A DNA stretch of 64,000 nucleotides from an uncultured Planctomycetia bacterium (GTDB lineage Bacteria > Omnitrophota > Gorgyraeia > 1-14-0-20-64-10): NCBI GenBank assembly GCA_964373715.1, contig CAYJVR010000001.1, positions 85,164 through 149,163 on the forward strand, read 5' to 3'. The notes beneath the pieces were generated by a model that searched no databases, had not been told where the DNA came from, and saw only the letters and a program-made list of their open reading frames with translations. Positions 28,597-38,911 of this stretch are shown here, piece by piece. Each line of letters starts with the position of its first letter. Position 1 is the first letter of the stretch. Both the position numbers and the translations under genes were made by a program.

Positions 28597-29166
28597 TTGT
28601 TTTTTTCCGTTTTCTCCCTGGTTGCACCGCTTTCGGCCTGGGCTGGTCCCATCCCTGATGAGGAGTACGAGGTCTATTCGGCGGCGCTGTCCCAGTTAAG
28701 TTCCCAGGGGAAGATCGGCTCAAAGCTTTTCGTCATCAACGAGACGACAAAACCCTCCTTTTATACCCGTATGGACAGGGAGAAGTGGTCGGCGTTGTTC
28801 CAGAACCAGTTAGGGATACCTCCCGAGCCGGTGCTGGCTGATGATTTCATCCGAAAAAACGGGAAACCGTTTTCCTTCGAAAATAAGTTCAGCGGCATCC
28901 AGGCGGCCATCTTCAAAATCCCGGTTGTTTCAGGCCAAGAGGCCGAGATTAGCTGGGGGGAGTTCAGCACGACATATCCGGAGGCCAACGGCCTCATCGA
29001 GCTTTCCCGGGTCGGTTTGGACAAAAATAAAACGAAGGCCCTTCTTTATGTAGGAGTCACTTTCGGCAAAGAGGTGACCAATTACGTGCTTGTTTTGGCC
29101 AAAGGGCAGGGGGGCTGGGCCATTGCCCACCAGGTCATCCGTTCCCTCACCCCCCGTATGCAGTAA
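28597..29166 (+). CDS. hypothetical secreted protein
   Basis: There is a hydrophobic N-terminus followed by AWA|GP. No family motif was recognised. The start is uncertain (TTG at 28597). The track ORF start at 28492 overlaps tRNA-Tyr. Confidence 0.45.
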   Translation: MFFSVFSLVAPLSAWAGPIPDEEYEVYSAALSQLSSQGKIGSKLFVINETTKPSFYTRMDREKWSALFQNQLGIPPEPVLADDFIRKNGKPFSFENKFSGIQAAIFKIPVVSGQEAEISWGEFSTTYPEANGLIELSRVGLDKNKTKALLYVGVTFGKEVTNYVLVLAKGQGGWAIAHQVIRSLTPRMQ

Positions 29167-29224
29167 GGTTTTTGTTTGTTATAGGTTTCTGGATTCGTTA
29201 AGCTTAATAGTTTGACAAATTCAT

Positions 29225-29295
29225 TGCGGGCGTAGTTCAATGGTAGAACGGGAGTTTTCCAAACTCCTCACGGCGGTTCGATTCCGCCCGTCCGC
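29225..29295 (+). tRNA. tRNA-Gly (anticodon TCC)
   Basis: The acceptor stem is gcgggcg/cgtccgc with one G.U pair. The anticodon stem-loop is ggagt-ttTCCaa-actcc. The T-arm is ggcgg-ttcgatt-ccgcc. A T7 run follows. Confidence 0.85.
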
Positions 29296-29302
29296 TTTTT
29301 TT

Positions 29303-29332
29303 CTTGAAATCCGCCCCTTTTCTGCCGTATTA
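29303..29332 (+). promoter_or_regulatory. sigma70-like promoter (TTGAAA -18 nt- TATTAT) upstream of mscL
   Basis: The -35 hexamer is at 29303-29308. The -10 hexamer is at 29327-29332. The spacer is 18 nt. The element lies about 140 nt upstream of the mscL ATG. A stem-loop (aaacgggt...acccgttt) lies in the 5' leader at about 29411-29441. Confidence 0.45.
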
Positions 29333-29473
29333 TAAAGCTCCATTCTGTCATTCTTCTTTAAGTCGTCATGAAAACTTAAAAACAATAAGGGGTATTTGTC
29401 TGTTTAAAAACGGGTAAAGGCTTTCTGGCCTAAACCCGTTTCTATTTCGTTGCCGGGTTAATTCGGGGGGGGT

Positions 29474-29929
29474 ATGTTCAAGGAGTTCAAGGAGTTTGCG
29501 GTCAAGGGCAATGTCCTGGATATGGCGATCGGCGTGATCATCGGCGGCGCTTTCGGGAAAATCGTCTCCTCTATTTTGAGCGATGTGCTTATGCCGCCGA
29601 TCGGCCTGCTGATGGGGAACGTGGATTTCTCAAGCCTCTTTATCAGCCTGAACGGGCAAAGCTATCCTTCTTTGGCCGTGGCGAAAGCAGCCGGTGCGCC
29701 GACGCTCAATTACGGGGTGTTCCTGAACACGGTTTTGGATTTTCTTGTTGTGGCGTTCGTGATTTTTCTGGTGGTCAAGCAGATCAACCGCTTGAAAAAA
29801 CAGCAGTCGGCCACGGCTCCGTCAGTTCCGACGACAAAAAACTGCGAGTATTGCTGTTCAAACATTCCGCTCAAGGCGGTTCGCTGCCCGAATTGCACTT
29901 CCGAACTGAGGGTGTTAAGCAAGGTTTAG
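29474..29929 (+). CDS. mscL: large-conductance mechanosensitive channel with C-terminal Cys4 zinc-ribbon tail
   Basis: The N-terminus [31 protein letters not shown] is present. The C-terminus [19 protein letters not shown] is unusual for MscL. The protein is 151 aa. Confidence 0.9.
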   Translation: MFKEFKEFAVKGNVLDMAIGVIIGGAFGKIVSSILSDVLMPPIGLLMGNVDFSSLFISLNGQSYPSLAVAKAAGAPTLNYGVFLNTVLDFLVVAFVIFLVVKQINRLKKQQSATAPSVPTTKNCEYCCSNIPLKAVRCPNCTSELRVLSKV

Positions 29930-29989
29930 TTTTTTTGCGTGTGTCATATAAGGTGATGTTTAGAGAAAAGAGAGGAGAAGGGTAAGAAG

Positions 29990-30340
29990 ATGGATAAGGG
30001 GGTTATCGCAGGTGCGGCAGCGTTGGTTGTCATCGGCGCAATTGTGGTGATGTCGAATCAGCCGAAGCAGACGGAAATAACCGCTTCATTACAGCAGGCG
30101 TCTCAGACGCAATCTGCGGATCTTCTGAAGCAGGCCCAGCAGTTGGCCGACAACGCTTCGCAGGAGACGACCGAGACGGCGAAACAGCTCCAGGAGGCCG
30201 CCGAGCAGCAGGCAAAGGTGGCCAAGCAGCAGATGGATCAGACTGTTGAGCGGGTGGCTAAAGAGGCTGGTTCCACGGCCGATGAATCTCGGAAAGAGTT
30301 GGAAAAGGCCGCTTCTGAAGTGGTTTCTCAGCAGCGCTAA
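29990..30340 (+). CDS. hypothetical membrane-anchored Gln/Ala-rich helical protein
   Basis: One N-terminal transmembrane helix is present (VIAGAAALVVIGAIVVM). The rest is an amphipathic Q/A/E-rich repeat region. The protein is 116 aa. Confidence 0.5.
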   Translation: MDKGVIAGAAALVVIGAIVVMSNQPKQTEITASLQQASQTQSADLLKQAQQLADNASQETTETAKQLQEAAEQQAKVAKQQMDQTVERVAKEAGSTADESRKELEKAASEVVSQQR

Positions 30341-30354
30341 TAAGCATACATTTT

Positions 30355-30417
30355 TGAGCAAAGCTGTCTCTTGTTGGCGGTTTTCGCGTTTTTCCCGGTT
30401 GCTCAGCTTTTTGTTTT
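30355..30417 (+). terminator. candidate intrinsic terminator (tgagcaa...ttgctca stem followed by gctttttgtttt)
   Basis: Read by hand. The 7-bp outer stem has a large internal loop. A second small hairpin (cagag-gttag-ctctg followed by tcgttttt) lies at about 30427-30449. Confidence 0.4.
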
Positions 30418-30469
30418 AAGGGTGCGCAGAGGTTAGCTCTGTCGTTTTTCCGTACGGAGATGATTTTTC

Positions 30470-30497
30470 TTGACATTTTTTTATATCTCATTAGAAT
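30470..30497 (+). promoter_or_regulatory. sigma70-like promoter (TTGACA -16 nt- TAGAAT) upstream of tRNA-Thr(GGT)/tuf
   Basis: The -35 hexamer is at 30470-30475 and is a consensus match. The -10 hexamer is at 30492-30497. The tRNA starts about 60 nt downstream. Confidence 0.55.
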
Positions 30498-30559
30498 AGA
30501 GCCTTTTGCACCCTTAAGAAGAAGGAAGAATATTCTTCCACTGAGACCAGCGTGGATGT

Positions 30560-30632
30560 GCTGGAGTAGCTCAGTTGGTAGAGCACGTCCTTGGTAAGGA
30601 CGGGGTCACGGGTTCAATTCCCGTCTCCAGCT
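30560..30632 (+). tRNA. tRNA-Thr (anticodon GGT)
   Basis: The acceptor stem is gctggag/ctccagc. The anticodon stem-loop is cgtcc-ttGGTaa-ggacg. The T-arm is cggg-ttcaatt-cccg. Confidence 0.88.
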
Positions 30633-30722
30633 CTGAGTGGAGTGGAGGGGTGTTTGTCTTTTTGATTTTTTGATAGTGTCTTGTCATAAGAACCCGAACT
30701 ACTCGTCGGAGGAGAAGTCACT

Positions 30723-31916
30723 ATGGCAAAGGAAAAGTTTGAGAGGAAGAAAACACACGTCAACGTCGGAACCATCGGTCACGTTGACCATGGAAAGACG
30801 ACGCTGACCAGCGCTATCACCAAGGTTCTTTCGAAAAGCGGTCAGGCGACAATAAGAGAGTATTCGGATATCGCCAAAGGCGGTGTTGTTCGTGATGCGA
30901 GCAAGATCCTTACCGTCAGTATTGCCCACGTTGAGTATGAATCGGCGAACCGTCATTACGCCCACGTAGACTGTCCTGGTCACGCTGACTATATCAAGAA
31001 CATGATTACCGGCGCCGCTCAGATGGACGGCGCCATTCTTGTTGTCAGTGCTCCTGATGGGCCGATGCCCCAGACCCGCGAGCACATTCTTTTGGCTCGC
31101 CAGGTGGGTGTTCCGGCGATCGTGGTGTTTATGAACAAAGTGGATTTGGTGGATGATAAAGAGCTTCTCGATCTTGTCGAGATGGAAATCCGGGATCTTC
31201 TGACGAAGTACCAGTTTCCGGGCGACAAGACTCCGATCATTCGCGGAAGCGCCTCAAAGGCGGCGGCCGGCGATCCGGAGGGGGAGAAGGCCATTCACGA
31301 GTTGATCAAGGCTGTGGATGAGTTCATCCCGACTCCGAAGCGCGAGATTGATAAACCGCTCTTGATGGCGATTGAGGACGTGTTCTCAATTACGGGGCGG
31401 GGCACGGTAGGAACGGGCCGTATCGAGCGCGGCGTGATCAAAATTAACGATGAAGTCGAGGTTGTGGGTTTGCGCGAGAAACCAACCAAGACGGTTGTGA
31501 CCGGCATTGAAATGTTCCGCAAGCTGTTGGATGAGGGGCAGGCCGGCGACAACGTTGGTGTTTTGCTGCGCGGTATTGATAAGAAAGATCTTGAGCGCGG
31601 AATGGTTTTGGCGAAACCCGGTTCTATCACGCCGCATAAGAAGTTTAAGGCTGAGGTGTACGCCCTTACGAAAGAGGAGGGAGGCCGCCACACGCCGTTC
31701 TTTACGGGGTATCGGCCCCAGTTTTATTTTAGGACGACCGACGTGACCGGCATTGCCACTCTCCAGAAGGGTGTCGAAATGGTTATGCCGGGTGATAATG
31801 CCAATGTGGATGTGGATTTGATCACGCCGATTGCTATGGAGAAGGGTTTGCGGTTTGCTATTCGTGAGGGCGGCAGGACCGTGGGCGCCGGCGTCGTGAC
31901 CGATATCCTCGATTAA
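30723..31916 (+). CDS. tuf: elongation factor Tu
   Basis: The motifs [19 protein letters not shown] and NKVD are present. The protein is 397 aa. Confidence 0.97.
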   Translation: MAKEKFERKKTHVNVGTIGHVDHGKTTLTSAITKVLSKSGQATIREYSDIAKGGVVRDASKILTVSIAHVEYESANRHYAHVDCPGHADYIKNMITGAAQMDGAILVVSAPDGPMPQTREHILLARQVGVPAIVVFMNKVDLVDDKELLDLVEMEIRDLLTKYQFPGDKTPIIRGSASKAAAGDPEGEKAIHELIKAVDEFIPTPKREIDKPLLMAIEDVFSITGRGTVGTGRIERGVIKINDEVEVVGLREKPTKTVVTGIEMFRKLLDEGQAGDNVGVLLRGIDKKDLERGMVLAKPGSITPHKKFKAEVYALTKEEGGRHTPFFTGYRPQFYFRTTDVTGIATLQKGVEMVMPGDNANVDVDLITPIAMEKGLRFAIREGGRTVGAGVVTDILD

Positions 31917-31956
31917 TAAGAGGATCGGTCACGTTTGTTTTTGAGAGGGTCTTGTT

Positions 31957-32106
31957 GTGCGCGAAATTATTACAATGGCTTGCACGGCGTGTAACCGGCG
32001 CAATTACTCCAACAAGAAGAACAAGAAGCTGCACCCGGATCGGTTGGAGTTGAAAAAGTTTTGCCGGTTTTGTCGAGCACAGACCCTCCATAAAGAAACA
32101 AAATAG
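31957..32106 (+). CDS. rpmG: 50S ribosomal protein L33 (zinc-ribbon type)
   Basis: The gene was found by hand and is absent from the ORF track because it is short. The start is GTG. The protein is [49 protein letters not shown]. Confidence 0.85.
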   Translation: MREIITMACTACNRRNYSNKKNKKLHPDRLELKKFCRFCRAQTLHKETK

Positions 32107-32178
32107 GCCTGTAGCTCCAACTGGTAGAGCGACGGACTCCAAATCCGATGGTTGGGGGTTCGAATCCCTCCAGGCCTG
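32105..32178 (+). tRNA. tRNA-Trp (anticodon CCA)
   Basis: The acceptor stem is aggcctg/caggcct. The anticodon stem-loop is cggac-tCCAaat-ccg. The T-loop is ttcgaat. The tRNA begins 2 nt inside the rpmG stop codon. Confidence 0.88.
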
Positions 32179-32289
32179 TAAGCCTGATTAAGAGGGACGC
32201 TGCCCAGGATGGTGCCGGGTAATAATCGGTGAAACAAGCCTCGAAGGAGTTTTCTCTCCGCGGCTTGCTTCTTTTTCGGAAGGGATTCA

Positions 32290-32508
32290 ATGTCCCTTCC
32301 TTTATACATTGAGGTGACGAGCGTGATTCAGAAGGCTGTAGCCTTCCTGAAGGATGTTCGTAACGAAATGGCGCAGGTGTCATGGTCACCGACCAGAGAG
32401 TTGTTCGACTCAACCAAAGTGGTGATCGTGACAATGCTCCTGTTATCGGTCATCGTCGCTTTATTCGATGCGATATGCAGCGTGTTTATACAATGGATAC
32501 TTCATTAA
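32290..32508 (+). CDS. secE: preprotein translocase subunit SecE
   Basis: The protein is 72 aa with a single C-terminal transmembrane helix. The conserved VSWP motif is present. The gene sits in the conserved position before nusG. Confidence 0.8.
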   Translation: MSLPLYIEVTSVIQKAVAFLKDVRNEMAQVSWSPTRELFDSTKVVIVTMLLLSVIVALFDAICSVFIQWILH

Positions 32509-33038
32509 TGGAATCCCTGTGGTACGTCATACATACCCTCACCGGCCAGGAGGATAAAGTTCGGGTGTCCCTCCAGAAGGCTATTGAGCTGGGGCAGTTT
32601 CAGGGTAATGTGAGCCAGGTTCTTGTGCCGATGGAGAAGGTGTCCGAAGTCAAGGCCGGTAAGAAGAAGATCTCTGAGAGAAGGGTTTTCCCCGGTTACG
32701 TGCTTATTCAGATGCAGATGAACGATGAGGCATGGGGAATGATCAAGGCCATCCCGGGGGTGGCCGGTTTTGTCGGTTCCGGTATCAAGCCGGTTCCTCT
32801 CAGGGAGGAGGAAGTTGCCCAGATCCTCCAGTCAGCGCAGGAGAAGATGGAGAAGCCGACCCCGAAAGTTATCTTTGACCGGGGAGAATCAGTTCGAATT
32901 ACAGAAGGGCCCTTCAATAACTTTAACGGTGTTGTTGAAGAGATCAGTCCCGAGAAGGGGAAATTGAAGGTGATGGTGACTATTTTTGGGCGCGCCACCC
33001 CTGTCGAACTGGAATATTGGCAGATCGAGAAGGTGTAA
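32508..33038 (+). CDS. nusG: transcription termination/antitermination factor NusG
   Basis: The N-terminus [18 protein letters not shown] is present. There is a KOW domain ([21 protein letters not shown]). The ATG overlaps the secE stop (TAATG). Confidence 0.92.
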   Translation: MESLWYVIHTLTGQEDKVRVSLQKAIELGQFQGNVSQVLVPMEKVSEVKAGKKKISERRVFPGYVLIQMQMNDEAWGMIKAIPGVAGFVGSGIKPVPLREEEVAQILQSAQEKMEKPTPKVIFDRGESVRITEGPFNNFNGVVEEISPEKGKLKVMVTIFGRATPVELEYWQIEKV

Positions 33039-33040
33039 AA

Positions 33041-33466
33041 ATGGCAAAAAAAATCAAAGCAATCATCAAATTATATTGCCCAGCCGGCGCGGCCAACCCA
33101 GCTCCGCCTGTAGGCCCGGCGCTTGGTTCGCACGGGCTGAACATCATGGAGTTCTGCAAGCAGTTTAACACCCAGTCCAAGGGTCAGGAAGGTTTGGTCC
33201 TGCCCGCTATCATTACGGCTTACGAGGACAGATCATTTACATTCATCATCAAGAGCCCACCGGCCTCGGTTCTTCTCAAGCAGGCCGCGGGAGTGGCGAA
33301 GGCCTCTGGCGCTCCGAACAAAGAGAAGGTTGGCCAGGTCACCCAGGCAAAGGTGAAGGAGATCGCTCAGGCGAAATTAAAGGATTTGAACACCCCCTCT
33401 TTGAATGACGCGATCAAAATGATAGAAGGAACGGCCCGTTCGATGGGTATTGAGGTGATCGCATGA
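33041..33466 (+). CDS. rplK: 50S ribosomal protein L11
   Basis: The N-terminus reads [29 protein letters not shown]. Confidence 0.95.
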   Translation: MAKKIKAIIKLYCPAGAANPAPPVGPALGSHGLNIMEFCKQFNTQSKGQEGLVLPAIITAYEDRSFTFIIKSPPASVLLKQAAGVAKASGAPNKEKVGQVTQAKVKEIAQAKLKDLNTPSLNDAIKMIEGTARSMGIEVIA

Positions 33467-34155
33467 GCAAACGGATGACTGCGGTTCAGACGCTTGTGGA
33501 TTCAAGCAAGCATTACACGCTGAAAGAGGCGATCGAGGTCTTGAAGAAGGCCCCGGTGACGAAATTCGATCAGACGGTGGAAGTCTCCGTTGATCTGGAA
33601 GTAGACACCAAAGCGAGCGACCAGATGGTCCGCGGTACGGTGGTTTTGCCTCATGGAACAGGCAAGGCGGTCAAGGTCGCAGTTTTTGCCAAAGGGGACG
33701 CCGAACGGCAGGCCAAGGATGCCGGCGCCGATTTCGTCGGAGCTGAGGACTTGCTGGAGAAGGTGCAGGGCGGATGGACGGGATTTGATGTGGCCATCTC
33801 GACGCCCGACATGATGAAGGAAGTCGGTAAGCTGGGAAAGTTTTTAGGCCCGCGCGGCCTGATGCCCAGCCCGAAGGTGGGGACCGTGACGATGGATGTT
33901 GCCCGGGCGATCAAGGATGTGAAGAAGGGAAAGGTCGAGTACAAGATGGACAAACAGGGGGATATCCATCTAGGGATCGGCAAACTGTCTTTTCCCTCTG
34001 AAGCTTTGGAAGAGAACGGGAGGATCGTGCTGGAGGCCATTTGGAAATCGAGGCCGGCCTCCGCGAAAGGCCGTTACATCAAGGGGGTTTCGATCTCTTC
34101 CACCATGGGGCCGGGCTTGAAAATCGATTCTGCCGAAGGGAAACCCGATCTATGA
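33463..34155 (+). CDS. rplA: 50S ribosomal protein L1
   Basis: The protein is 230 aa. The motifs [26 protein letters not shown] are present. Confidence 0.95.
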   Translation: MSKRMTAVQTLVDSSKHYTLKEAIEVLKKAPVTKFDQTVEVSVDLEVDTKASDQMVRGTVVLPHGTGKAVKVAVFAKGDAERQAKDAGADFVGAEDLLEKVQGGWTGFDVAISTPDMMKEVGKLGKFLGPRGLMPSPKVGTVTMDVARAIKDVKKGKVEYKMDKQGDIHLGIGKLSFPSEALEENGRIVLEAIWKSRPASAKGRYIKGVSISSTMGPGLKIDSAEGKPDL

Positions 34156-34724
34156 GCGCTCAGACATCCTTAGGCGAAAAGAAGATTCGACTCGGCAGCC
34201 GGGTGCGCTCGGCGTTGTACAGGGATATCCAGAAGGCGGTGGACGGGGTCCAGGCTGTCGTCGTCACCAAGTGCGACAAAGTTCCGACCCGCGCCTTGAA
34301 CGAACTGCGTTATTCCCTCAGAGGGATTGACTCTAATTTCCTGGTCGTCAAGAACAGTTTAACGAAGATTGTTTTCCGCGAGAACGGTTGGACCGATCTG
34401 GATAAGGCTTTTGAAGGAACCTGCGGGATTGCCCCGGTACGCGGCGATATGGCTTCCGCCTGCAAGCTGCTGGTCACCTTCCAGAAGGACCATGAAGGAT
34501 TCCTGGTTCAGGCGGGTGTTCTTCAGGGCAAGTATTTGAGGAAACAGGATCTGGATGTGTTGGCTAAGCTGCCGTCCAGGCAGGTCCTCTTGTCTCAGTT
34601 AGCCGGCGTCCTGCAGTCGCCGGTGCGGAATTTGGCCATAGTGCTTCAGGCGCCGATCCGCCAGTTGGCATTGATTCTGGCCGCAGTGAAGCAGAAGAGG
34701 GAAAAAGAGGGTCAGAAGGCTTAA
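34152..34724 (+). CDS. rplJ: 50S ribosomal protein L10
   Basis: The ATG overlaps the rplA stop (ATGA). The sequence VVKNSLTKIVF is present. The protein is 190 aa. Confidence 0.85.
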   Translation: MSAQTSLGEKKIRLGSRVRSALYRDIQKAVDGVQAVVVTKCDKVPTRALNELRYSLRGIDSNFLVVKNSLTKIVFRENGWTDLDKAFEGTCGIAPVRGDMASACKLLVTFQKDHEGFLVQAGVLQGKYLRKQDLDVLAKLPSRQVLLSQLAGVLQSPVRNLAIVLQAPIRQLALILAAVKQKREKEGQKA

Positions 34725-34782
34725 GGAATCATCATTTCAGCTTGTTTGTGTCATGGTCAGATAAAAGAGGGAGAGCAAGAAG

Positions 34783-35163
34783 ATGGCTAAGGTAACAGTT
34801 GATGATGTGTTGGAATCGATCGAGAGCTGGTCGGTTCTCGATCTGAACAGCCTGGTCAAGGGTATCGAGGAAAAATTCGGCGTCTCGGCGGCTGTTATGG
34901 CCCCCGCGGCCGCGTCCGCCCCCGCTGCGGGCGGTGCTGTTGCTGAGGAAAAGGATTCGTTCGATGTGATCCTTGCCGAAGTCGGTGCCAATAAGATCAA
35001 TGTGATCAAAGAGCTTCGTGCCGTCACGAGCCTGGGTTTGAAAGAGGCCAAGGATCTCGTTGACACCGCTCCGAAGCCGGTCAAGATGGGTGCCACTAAG
35101 GAAGAGGCCGCTACGATCAAGCAGAAGTTAGAGGCTGCTGGGGCGAAGGTCGAGTTAAAGTAA
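34783..35163 (+). CDS. rplL: 50S ribosomal protein L7/L12
   Basis: [34 protein letters not shown]. An Ala-rich hinge is present. The C-terminal domain is present. Confidence 0.95.
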   Translation: MAKVTVDDVLESIESWSVLDLNSLVKGIEEKFGVSAAVMAPAAASAPAAGGAVAEEKDSFDVILAEVGANKINVIKELRAVTSLGLKEAKDLVDTAPKPVKMGATKEEAATIKQKLEAAGAKVELK

Positions 35164-35197
35164 GCACGGATTCCATTCGATTCGAGGGCGACCGACG

Positions 35198-38100
35198 GTG
35201 CTAAAACAAAAACATTTTGGGCGTATTCCAGAGCGGTTTGAGTTGCCGGATCTTCTTGAGATCCAGACGAAGCCGTTTGAAGAGTTCCTTCAATTGGATA
35301 TTCCCAGAACGCGGCGGGAAAACAAGGGGCTTCAGGAAGTTTTTCTGGAGATTTTTCCCATTGAGAACGCGGATGGGAATTATCGCTTGGAGTTTCTTTA
35401 TTACAACATCGGGAAGCCCAAATATGATTTGTCGGAGGCGCAGAGGCGCGGGTTGACGTACGCGGCCCCCCTGGGCGTCAAGCTTCGGCTCCGGACTCCA
35501 AAGGAGATGAGGGAGCAGGAGGTGTATCTCGGGGATATCCCGCTGATGACGCCGACAGGCACCTTCATCATCAACGGGGACGAGCGGGTTGTCGTCAGCC
35601 AGCTTCACCGGTCGCCCGGGGTTTTCTTCGAAGAGGAGATCCACCCGAACGGCAAGCGCATGTATACCGCCCGGATCATTCCGTACCGAGGCGCGTGGCT
35701 GGAGTTTGAATTTGACCTCACCGACACGCTGCACGCGTTGATTGACCGGCGCCGCAAAGTCCTTGCGACGACGTTCCTCAGGGCGATCGGGGCCGGAACG
35801 GACGAAGAGATCCTTAATGCTTTCTGCGGCGTTGAAACGGTGAAGGCGCAGGAATTGAGCGACCTGAAGGATACGATTGGGCGGTCCCTGGCCGCCGATA
35901 TCGTTGATCCGCAGACGCACGGCGTACTGATCGCGCGGTTCGAGAAGCTTGAGAAAGAGCATCTGCCCATGATTTGGAACTCTGAGATCCGGGAGATCAA
36001 GCTCTTGAAGAAGATTGTCCCGGAAGTGGTCCGGACATTTGAGAAGGACCGGCTCCGGACTGCGGACGATTCGGTTCTTGATATTTTTCGCAAGCTTCGG
36101 CCGGGTGACCCGGCCACGCTCTCTTCGGCCAGAACGTTGCTCGAGCGGCTTTACCTGGATCCCAAACGCTATGACCTCGGGCGCGTAGGGCGCTACATTC
36201 TCAGCCGCAAGCTGGGGATGAAAAGAGATTTGAACGACCGCGTTCTTGATCCCGAGACTGTTTTGGCGGCGCTGAAGTACCTCTTAAACCTGAAAAGTGG
36301 CCAGGGCGAGGTGGATGATATTGACCATCTTGGTTCCCGCCGCATCCGTTCGATTGCCGAACTGCTTCAGAATCAGTTCCGCATGGCGTTGGCGCGGGTT
36401 GAGCGGTCGGTGCGCGAGAGAATGGGGATTTACGATCTTGAAGCGATTATGCCCCATCAGCTGGTCAACGCTAAGCTGGTTTCCTCCTTGATACGCGATT
36501 TCTTCGGGCGCTCGCAGCTGTCCCAGTTTTTGGATCAGACGAACCCGTTGGCGGAATTGACCCATAAGCGCCGGCTCTCGGCTCTTGGTCCCGGCGGGTT
36601 GTCCCGCAAGCGGGCTGGTTTCGAGGTGCGCGATGTCCATTATTCTCATTACGGCCGTATCTGTCCGATCGAGACGCCGGAAGGCCCGAACATTGGTTTG
36701 ATAGCAAGCCTTTCGACCTACGCGCGTGTTAATGAGTTCGGATTTATCGAGACCCCTTACTGGACAGTCGAGAAGGGGAAGGTGACCGATGACGCCAAGT
36801 ATATGCCGGCCGATGAAGAGGACCGCTACCGGATCGCGCAGGCCAACGCGCCGGTGGAATCTTCCGGAAAGCAGGGGCTTGGCCGCTTCACGGACAAGCT
36901 GGTTCTGTGCCGCCACCGCGGCAACTTCCCAGTTATCCCGCCGGATGAAGTGAATTTCAAGGATGTGTCTCCAAAACAACTGGTGTCGGTGGCCGCGTCG
37001 TTGATTCCATTCTTGGAGCATGATGACGCGAACCGCGCGCTGATGGGTTCAAACATGCAGAGGCAGGCGGTGCCGTTGCTCTTTCCTGAGGTGCCGTTCA
37101 TTGGTACCGGAATGGAGGGCCGGACGGCCAAGGATTCGGGAGCGGTAGTTGTGTCCCGGGATGAAGGTGTGGTCAAGGAGGTGCAGTCCGACCGGATTGT
37201 CGTGGACAGAACCGTCTATAACCTGAAGAAATTCCACAGGTCCAATGCCAACACAAGCATCAACCAGCGTCCTTTGGTGGAAGTCGGCGATAAGGTCAAA
37301 AAGGGGCAAGTGATCGCGGATGGGTCGGCCACCGAAAACGGTTTCTTGGCCTTGGGCCGGAACCTGCTGGTGGCTTTTATGCCGTGGCGCGGGTACAACT
37401 TTGAAGACGCTATTCTCATCAGCGAGCGGATGGTGAAAGAGGATCTCTTCACCTCCGTCCACGTGGAAGAATTTGATATTGAAGCGCGGGACACCCGCCT
37501 TGGGAACGAGGAGATCACCCGTGATATCCCGAACGTTGGTGAGGACGCGCTGAAGGACTTGGATGAGCACGGTATCGTCCGTATCGGGGCGGAGGTCCAT
37601 CCCGGGGATATTCTCGTCGGCAAGGTGGTGCCGAAGTCCGAAACGGAGCAGTCGCCAGAGGAAAGGCTCTTGAGGGCGATTTTTGGCGAGAAGGCTGGCG
37701 ATGTGCGCGATGCCTCTCTCGTGGTCCCGCCTGGGGTCGAGGGGATCATCGTGGAGGTCCGGGTCTTTACCCGCAAGAAGCCGAAACCGAAGTCGAAGGA
37801 AGAAGTGGTGGTGGAGCAAGCGAAGGTGGAGGCGATCCACAAGTCCTACCAAACCCAGCTCAAGAGCGTCAAGCGGGAGCGCCTGAAGGCTTTGGGCCGC
37901 TTGATTGTCGGTCAGAAATTAGAGGCCGCCGTATTGGATGAGGAGTCGGGAGCCGTTTTGATTGCTCAGGGCCACACGATCAAGGAGTCTGATCTCGGTA
38001 AGCTCGAGAAGGCGGATCTTGATGAGATTAAGCTTGTGGATAAAGAAAAAGAGGAAGATGCCCGCAAATCATTGCGCGTTCTCAGGGATCAAATGGATGA

Positions 38101-38908
38101 ATTGGCTTATGAGCAGTCGCGTGAAGTCGAACAGCTCAAGCGCGGAGACGAGCTTCCTCCAGGCGTCTTGAAGAAAGTGGTTGTTTATGTCGCCACCAAG
38201 CGGAAGGTTCAGGTGGGCGACAAGATCGCGGGCCGCCACGGAAATAAAGGTGTTATCGCCAAGATCCTTCCCGAAGAGGATATGCCGTTTCTCCCTGATG
38301 GGACTCCGGTGGAGATCGTATTGAACCCGCTGGGTGTTCCGTCGCGTATGAATGTGGGACAGATACTGGAGACCCACTTGGGGTGGGCCGCGAAAATCCT
38401 CGGCCTGCAGATCGCTTCGCCCGTGTTCGACGGCGCTCGCGAATCGGAAGTCAAGGCTTTGCTGAAAGATGCCGGGCTTCCGGAGGATGGCCAGACCGTT
38501 TTGCGTGATGGTTTACGCGGCAATATGTTCGACCAAAGGGTGACGGTCGGTTATATCTATATGATGAAGTTGGCCCACTTGGTGGACGATAAGATTCATG
38601 CCCGCTCCATTGGCCCTTATTCCCTCGTCACTCAGCAGCCGCTGGGAGGGAAAGCGCAGTTTGGCGGTCAGCGGTTTGGCGAAATGGAAGTATGGGCATT
38701 GGAGGCTTACGGGGCGGCTTACACGTTGCAGGAGCTTTTGACCGTTAAGTCGGATGATGTGGTTGGCCGGACCCGGATTTACGAATCTATCGTGAAAGGT
38801 GAGCATGCGCTTCAACCGGGCACGCCGGAATCTTTTAATGTCTTGGTGAAGGAACTCCAAAGTTTATGTCTGGATATCCGGACCGAACGGCGCGGGGAGC
38901 AAAGGTGA
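35198..38908 (+). CDS. rpoB: DNA-directed RNA polymerase subunit beta
   Basis: The protein is 1236 aa. The start is GTG. Conserved beta-subunit regions are present ([21 protein letters not shown]). Confidence 0.97.
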   Translation: MLKQKHFGRIPERFELPDLLEIQTKPFEEFLQLDIPRTRRENKGLQEVFLEIFPIENADGNYRLEFLYYNIGKPKYDLSEAQRRGLTYAAPLGVKLRLRTPKEMREQEVYLGDIPLMTPTGTFIINGDERVVVSQLHRSPGVFFEEEIHPNGKRMYTARIIPYRGAWLEFEFDLTDTLHALIDRRRKVLATTFLRAIGAGTDEEILNAFCGVETVKAQELSDLKDTIGRSLAADIVDPQTHGVLIARFEKLEKEHLPMIWNSEIREIKLLKKIVPEVVRTFEKDRLRTADDSVLDIFRKLRPGDPATLSSARTLLERLYLDPKRYDLGRVGRYILSRKLGMKRDLNDRVLDPETVLAALKYLLNLKSGQGEVDDIDHLGSRRIRSIAELLQNQFRMALARVERSVRERMGIYDLEAIMPHQLVNAKLVSSLIRDFFGRSQLSQFLDQTNPLAELTHKRRLSALGPGGLSRKRAGFEVRDVHYSHYGRICPIETPEGPNIGLIASLSTYARVNEFGFIETPYWTVEKGKVTDDAKYMPADEEDRYRIAQANAPVESSGKQGLGRFTDKLVLCRHRGNFPVIPPDEVNFKDVSPKQLVSVAASLIPFLEHDDANRALMGSNMQRQAVPLLFPEVPFIGTGMEGRTAKDSGAVVVSRDEGVVKEVQSDRIVVDRTVYNLKKFHRSNANTSINQRPLVEVGDKVKKGQVIADGSATENGFLALGRNLLVAFMPWRGYNFEDAILISERMVKEDLFTSVHVEEFDIEARDTRLGNEEITRDIPNVGEDALKDLDEHGIVRIGAEVHPGDILVGKVVPKSETEQSPEERLLRAIFGEKAGDVRDASLVVPPGVEGIIVEVRVFTRKKPKPKSKEEVVVEQAKVEAIHKSYQTQLKSVKRERLKALGRLIVGQKLEAAVLDEESGAVLIAQGHTIKESDLGKLEKADLDEIKLVDKEKEEDARKSLRVLRDQMDELAYEQSREVEQLKRGDELPPGVLKKVVVYVATKRKVQVGDKIAGRHGNKGVIAKILPEEDMPFLPDGTPVEIVLNPLGVPSRMNVGQILETHLGWAAKILGLQIASPVFDGARESEVKALLKDAGLPEDGQTVLRDGLRGNMFDQRVTVGYIYMMKLAHLVDDKIHARSIGPYSLVTQQPLGGKAQFGGQRFGEMEVWALEAYGAAYTLQELLTVKSDDVVGRTRIYESIVKGEHALQPGTPESFNVLVKELQSLCLDIRTERRGEQR

Positions 38909-38911
38909 GCC

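Noticed and set aside
32200-32289. Possible terminator hairpin after tRNA-Trp (caagcc...ggcttg followed by cttcttttt)
   Set aside because: Only a 6-bp stem with a large unstructured loop is present. That is too weak to call without a folding calculation.
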